Assembly (NCBI GenBank): GCA_002269645.1
Contig: NIVC01001279.1
Coordinates: 186,001-250,000 of the forward strand
DNA: 64,000 nt
Direction: 5' to 3'
From: Macrostomum lignano
Lineage: Eukaryota
In this document: piece by piece, positions 60,091 to 64,000 of the stretch
Layout of the letters: every line of letters begins with the position of its first letter
How positions within the stretch are numbered: position 1 is the stretch's first letter
Translations under genes and position numbers: made by a program
The notes under the pieces: generated by a model
Told to the model about the DNA's origin: nothing
The model's database searches: none
What the model saw: only the letters and a program-made list of their open reading frames with translations

Positions 60091-60996
60091 TCTACTTCTC
60101 CTACTCTATTCTATCCCTCTCCCTCTCCCTCTCCCTTTCCCTCTCCCCCTTTCCTTCTCGCTCTCGCTCTCGCTCTTCTCTCGTCTCCCTTCCCTCTCAT
60201 ATTAGATTTTTAACAACAAGAACTATTCTTACTTTTCCCTCAGAATTTTGCGCTTTTACTCCAGTCCAATTGTGAATCCATTTTTGTTGTAGATCGACTG
60301 ACTTCAAATTGATTTAATTCCAAACCCAATATACGCTCGTAATAGTGTATAAAGAAAGGAAGTTTGGAATTTTTCAAGCATTATAATGATTCGAAGAATC
60401 AAAAGATTATTACTTAAGAGGAAAGCTCTTGCAACTCAGAGTAGGCACTCAGGATTCGGTATGCATGCTACTAAAATGCATTGCCCTGGCTCTCTCATTC
60501 CTTTTTAATTTGCCGAAAGTGCGCATTAGAAACAGTCCACTTAGCTTCGAGTAGCTGCAGAATGGCCCTCAGTCTGACTGAAGCTCGGGTTGGGTCCTCT
60601 GTTTGGTATAAGGCAAAATTCTTGGCAACATTCTATACAAGTTTCAGTTTCGTCTCTGAACTCGTCTCTCATTCAGAGCGAAAATTATTTCAGTGAAATA
60701 CTGAAGTAATTAGACTCGCTATTATACATTCGTCAGGGAGATATCTTTCACCTGTGTCAGGTGCGTCGCAACGTGTCTCGGTCCCTAATGCTTGATCGAG
60801 CATGTGCGGTCTGACACCTTGCGAGCAAATGAGCAGGTGCAACTTTTATTGAGCTAGCTAAATATGCCGAGTATACGAGCGTGTAATATAAAATCACTCG
60901 TGGACTGTGTAGCATGCGTCCAACTATACCATATTCAGTATCTCTAGACTCTAGTAAAGTACGTTTCCCATAACGCTTCCAGAAAAATTCCCCGTC

Positions 60997-62829
60997 ATGC
61001 TTTCAGAACAAGCCGCAGAGACAGAAATGCTCCAACAGCACAAGCAAAAAGACGCAAAAAGTGCTGAAGGACTTGCAACGTCCAATCTGCGCAGAGGCGC
61101 CAGTCTATCACTGTCAAGCCTCGACGAAAGACTGTTTCTAGGCCTGGAGGATGACATGAGCTCGCTTGGAGACACATTCCAGCACAACCAAGCCTTCATC
61201 AGCGATGCTCAGTCAGCGTCTGACGCGGAAGAAGCATCTGACAGTCAGTTTCTGCAGAAGGTGGCCGACATCAATGCTCAAATGGCTGCTCAACTAGTGG
61301 GCCTAGCCCGCAAGGAGTCCATGGGATTAGGACCGAGCGTATCAACAGGGCCCTCTGAAGCTACAAAATCAGTGAGTAAGATTTCCAATAAAAAACCGGA
61401 GCAGCCCAACGACATCTCTGCAACTGCTGTCAGCAGAACGCTAGCTTCCAAGAACTTTAAAAAGATCGATTCTACACAGCAATCATCGCAGAAACTTTAC
61501 CAACAAGCTAAGACAAGACACCGACGACAGACAAAGCGTCGAACGTATCGACGACTGACGCTAGACCTTCTGACTTCAGACGAAGAGGCGAACGAGTTCG
61601 TCGAGGAGCGCAGCAGCCCCTACTTGGAGCCGTTGACGCGACGAAACCGTCAGGCCAAGGAGCCGGAGCGCAGGTCGTCTTTCGAGACCCTATACGGCGA
61701 CGAGTTTTGGTCGGCAGTCTCGGTAGAAAAAACCAGTCAGTGCGAGTGCAGTTGCCATGACAACGAATCAGGTCAGGCACTTTGCGAACAGCAGAATTCA
61801 AGCTCCCCTATTGGCTGCAAACAACCAGACAAGAAAAGTACTTGCAGCACAGAGCCTGCTGGGGCGGAAAACTCCAGTGAACAGAATAATGCTGCAGCAG
61901 TGGCTATGAATGAAAGCTCAGCTAGCAGTCACCCAGTGGAACGACCCAGACCAGCAGAATTGGTAGCCAAAAAAATGGCTGGCAGCCAAGCAGCAAATAA
62001 CTCGGCCACTTCCACTTCCACTGGAGCGGCATCGAGCTATCGAACGAATCCTAGGCGTGTTGTTTCTATGCGACGGCAGGACCAGGAGCAGCACAAGCTT
62101 CCGGAGCGTCATTCAGCCGGTGTCAGGTTTTCTGTACCCACAGCCATGGAGCCTTGCCAGAAGAAAGATTCTCTGGACCATCAACACAATGGCCATCAGA
62201 CGTCGCCACCGCCGCTGCCGCCGAGAATGCGTCGAGCCGCCGTCCGCTTCAGAGCCGGCAGTTTCTCGCAGGGTCTGACTGACCTGCAGCTGCAACAGCA
62301 GCAGCTGAATCAATCGTCGAGGCTTGAGATTGGCGTCTTACTGCGCGGCCCGCCGTCCAGTTTGAGTCGTCAGTCGTCCGAAGAGCTCGTGGTGACGAAT
62401 CTTCGCCGAGTAGATAGTCGAGACCCGGTGTCGCAGCTGGAGTTCATGTGCCGCGCTATGCGACTCGACGACGCCGATCTCATGGAGGGGGCGGCCAGGC
62501 GGGACCGCCTGGGACCGATGCCACCGCAACAGCAACAGCAGCATCAGCCGATTCGAAGGTGGAGCACCAGCAGCTATAAGCAATACTGGCGACAGACTCA
62601 GAGACCGGACCGGATCCGAGACGATCAGGCCAGACGACGCCTGGTCTGCGGGCCGGCGACTGCAGCTGAACAGCAGCAGCAGCGCCAGCAGCAGCGGCAA
62701 CTGCCAAACTTTATGGGCCGGGCGTCCGACGGCGACAGAGCGCGTCTTCAAGGTTGGTGGCGGGTGTCAAGGAAACGGTCGAGCATGCGGCCTCCAATCG
62801 GTCAGCCGTCCGAGAAAGCGACCAGTTAA
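60997..62829 (+). CDS. Orphan 610-aa Ser/Gln/Arg-rich protein, or a large exon
   Basis: 1.8-kb non-repetitive, GC-elevated open frame in AT-rich surroundings; PPLPPR motif, basic cluster, poly-Q; no recognisable domain. CATGCTTTCAG could alternatively be a splice acceptor. Confidence 0.75.
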   Translation: MLSEQAAETEMLQQHKQKDAKSAEGLATSNLRRGASLSLSSLDERLFLGLEDDMSSLGDTFQHNQAFISDAQSASDAEEASDSQFLQKVADINAQMAAQLVGLARKESMGLGPSVSTGPSEATKSVSKISNKKPEQPNDISATAVSRTLASKNFKKIDSTQQSSQKLYQQAKTRHRRQTKRRTYRRLTLDLLTSDEEANEFVEERSSPYLEPLTRRNRQAKEPERRSSFETLYGDEFWSAVSVEKTSQCECSCHDNESGQALCEQQNSSSPIGCKQPDKKSTCSTEPAGAENSSEQNNAAAVAMNESSASSHPVERPRPAELVAKKMAGSQAANNSATSTSTGAASSYRTNPRRVVSMRRQDQEQHKLPERHSAGVRFSVPTAMEPCQKKDSLDHQHNGHQTSPPPLPPRMRRAAVRFRAGSFSQGLTDLQLQQQQLNQSSRLEIGVLLRGPPSSLSRQSSEELVVTNLRRVDSRDPVSQLEFMCRAMRLDDADLMEGAARRDRLGPMPPQQQQQHQPIRRWSTSSYKQYWRQTQRPDRIRDDQARRRLVCGPATAAEQQQQRQQQRQLPNFMGRASDGDRARLQGWWRVSRKRSSMRPPIGQPSEKATS

Positions 62830-64000
62830 AGATGATCTTCATTTCTTACTATAGTTATCGTTCACAGTTGATCTTTCTGTCTTGCCTTTGTCCGCAGTTA
62901 TTAGATGTCTTCATAGTTTATCATCTGCAAGCTATATTGCACTATTTTACGAGTAATTCAAGCGTTCATCAAAAATAATTTCAGCTGTCAGCGGTACTAC
63001 CTGTCAAAGGTATGAACTCAATCTCTAAGAAAGAAAACTCCTTGCTTGTATTTCTTTCTGCAGTTATCGGTCTTCCTTCACTCCTAACTATACATTATGT
63101 GGTGGTTTGGTTCTTTGTTTGACTTGCTGCCTTGACTTTTGGTTTGTTGCGTACAACATGGAGGCACTACTAATATAGAAATTTAACATCCAATGCATGA
63201 TAGCTTCACACCCAACAGCATGGAAACGAGAATGCCATTTGCGGTACTTTTTAGCATTTCAGCCACCGTTAGCAGCCGACTCAGCGGAGCAGTTTTGAAA
63301 CAGAAAACCGTTGACGGGACTGTTGCTATTTGATTTTAAGACTACTGGCTTGCTTTTAAACTTTAAAGGAAGGAACTTCAAGTTTAATACTTTGAAACGG
63401 TTTATAGGTCCACTAAAACAACAGTCCTTCTGTTTGCGCTTGAGATCAATAACCCCACTCCCCTGAGACCACAAACTAAATTTTACACAGCTTACCTACA
63501 CTAAAGTCACAATACTTGCACGTTGCCGGAGAAATGCGTTTGTTTTAAACAAAAAATAAACTCTGTTAGTGGGAATGCTGTTAAAAACCGTATAACCGCA
63601 TGGTGCTTGAGTTTTGCGTGAATGATGTCTACTCACAATACTCTACTCAAAGTATGAACGTTTAATTTGATTTACTTTTTCATTTTGATGCCTGCATAGG
63701 GCCAACTATTTTAAATATTTCGATTTTTATTGAGACATTTGTAGACGAAAGTCATTCCAAACTACGAAAAAGAAATATGTGACTTTGGGATAAGAAAAAA
63801 AGGCAACCATGGTTAGCATTTGGGAATATTGGAAATAAGGATCGATAACAAGACGTATTAAGTCTTTTGATTGAAATACTCAAGTATCTGCTCAAGAAAA
63901 AGAACTAAGAATTTAGTTTGTACTTCTTCTAATTTGCATCATACGTGATCAGGAAGTCACAAAAGTGAGTTAATCGATTTTTCTATGCCGAAATTTCCTT

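Noticed and set aside
395-60205. Long periodic ORFs (e.g. 572 aa at 12279-13997, 440 aa at 54229-55551, 425 aa at 57578-58855, 347 aa at 3022-4065)
   Set aside because: They are translations of stop-free minisatellite units, are often open in several frames or on both strands, and mostly lie in introns or repeat arrays

Overview
Eukaryotic (animal) genomic DNA, not prokaryotic: GT-AG spliced genes with minisatellite-stuffed introns, several transposon classes and a 91-N scaffold gap. The style suggests a free-living flatworm such as Macrostomum, but that is inference only. Genes: (1) the last three coding exons of a divergent NSF AAA+ ATPase (+, 2221-6006); (2) a three-exon gene made of two homologous stathmin-like coiled-coil modules (+, 8595-10977); (3) an intronless class A, melatonin-receptor-like GPCR (+, 28475-29842); (4) a seven-exon, ~1020-aa CRAL-TRIO/spectrin-repeat protein with no RhoGEF domain (-, 51053-39768); (5) an orphan 610-aa ORF (+, 60997-62829); (6) a possible zinc-finger exon (-, 18631-18232). 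Mobile DNA: a young Ty3/Gypsy element with identical LTRs and an internal RT-to-integrase deletion; a non-coding 1.5-kb LTR element (TRIM-like) plus a solo LTR of its family; a tRNA/CORE-type SINE; four MITE-like DNA elements; a decayed LINE endonuclease. The most interesting feature is a 245-bp intronic insertion (5117-5361): a perfect 91-bp inverted repeat with a 29-nt tail and 12-bp flanking direct repeats. Each arm carries a minimal hammerhead-ribozyme core, which fits a Penelope-like pseudo-LTR relic. Most long ORFs in the supplied track are translations of tandem repeats. Two one-base frameshifts in real genes and the duplication across the gap look like assembly errors. No rRNA, tRNA gene or CRISPR array was found.
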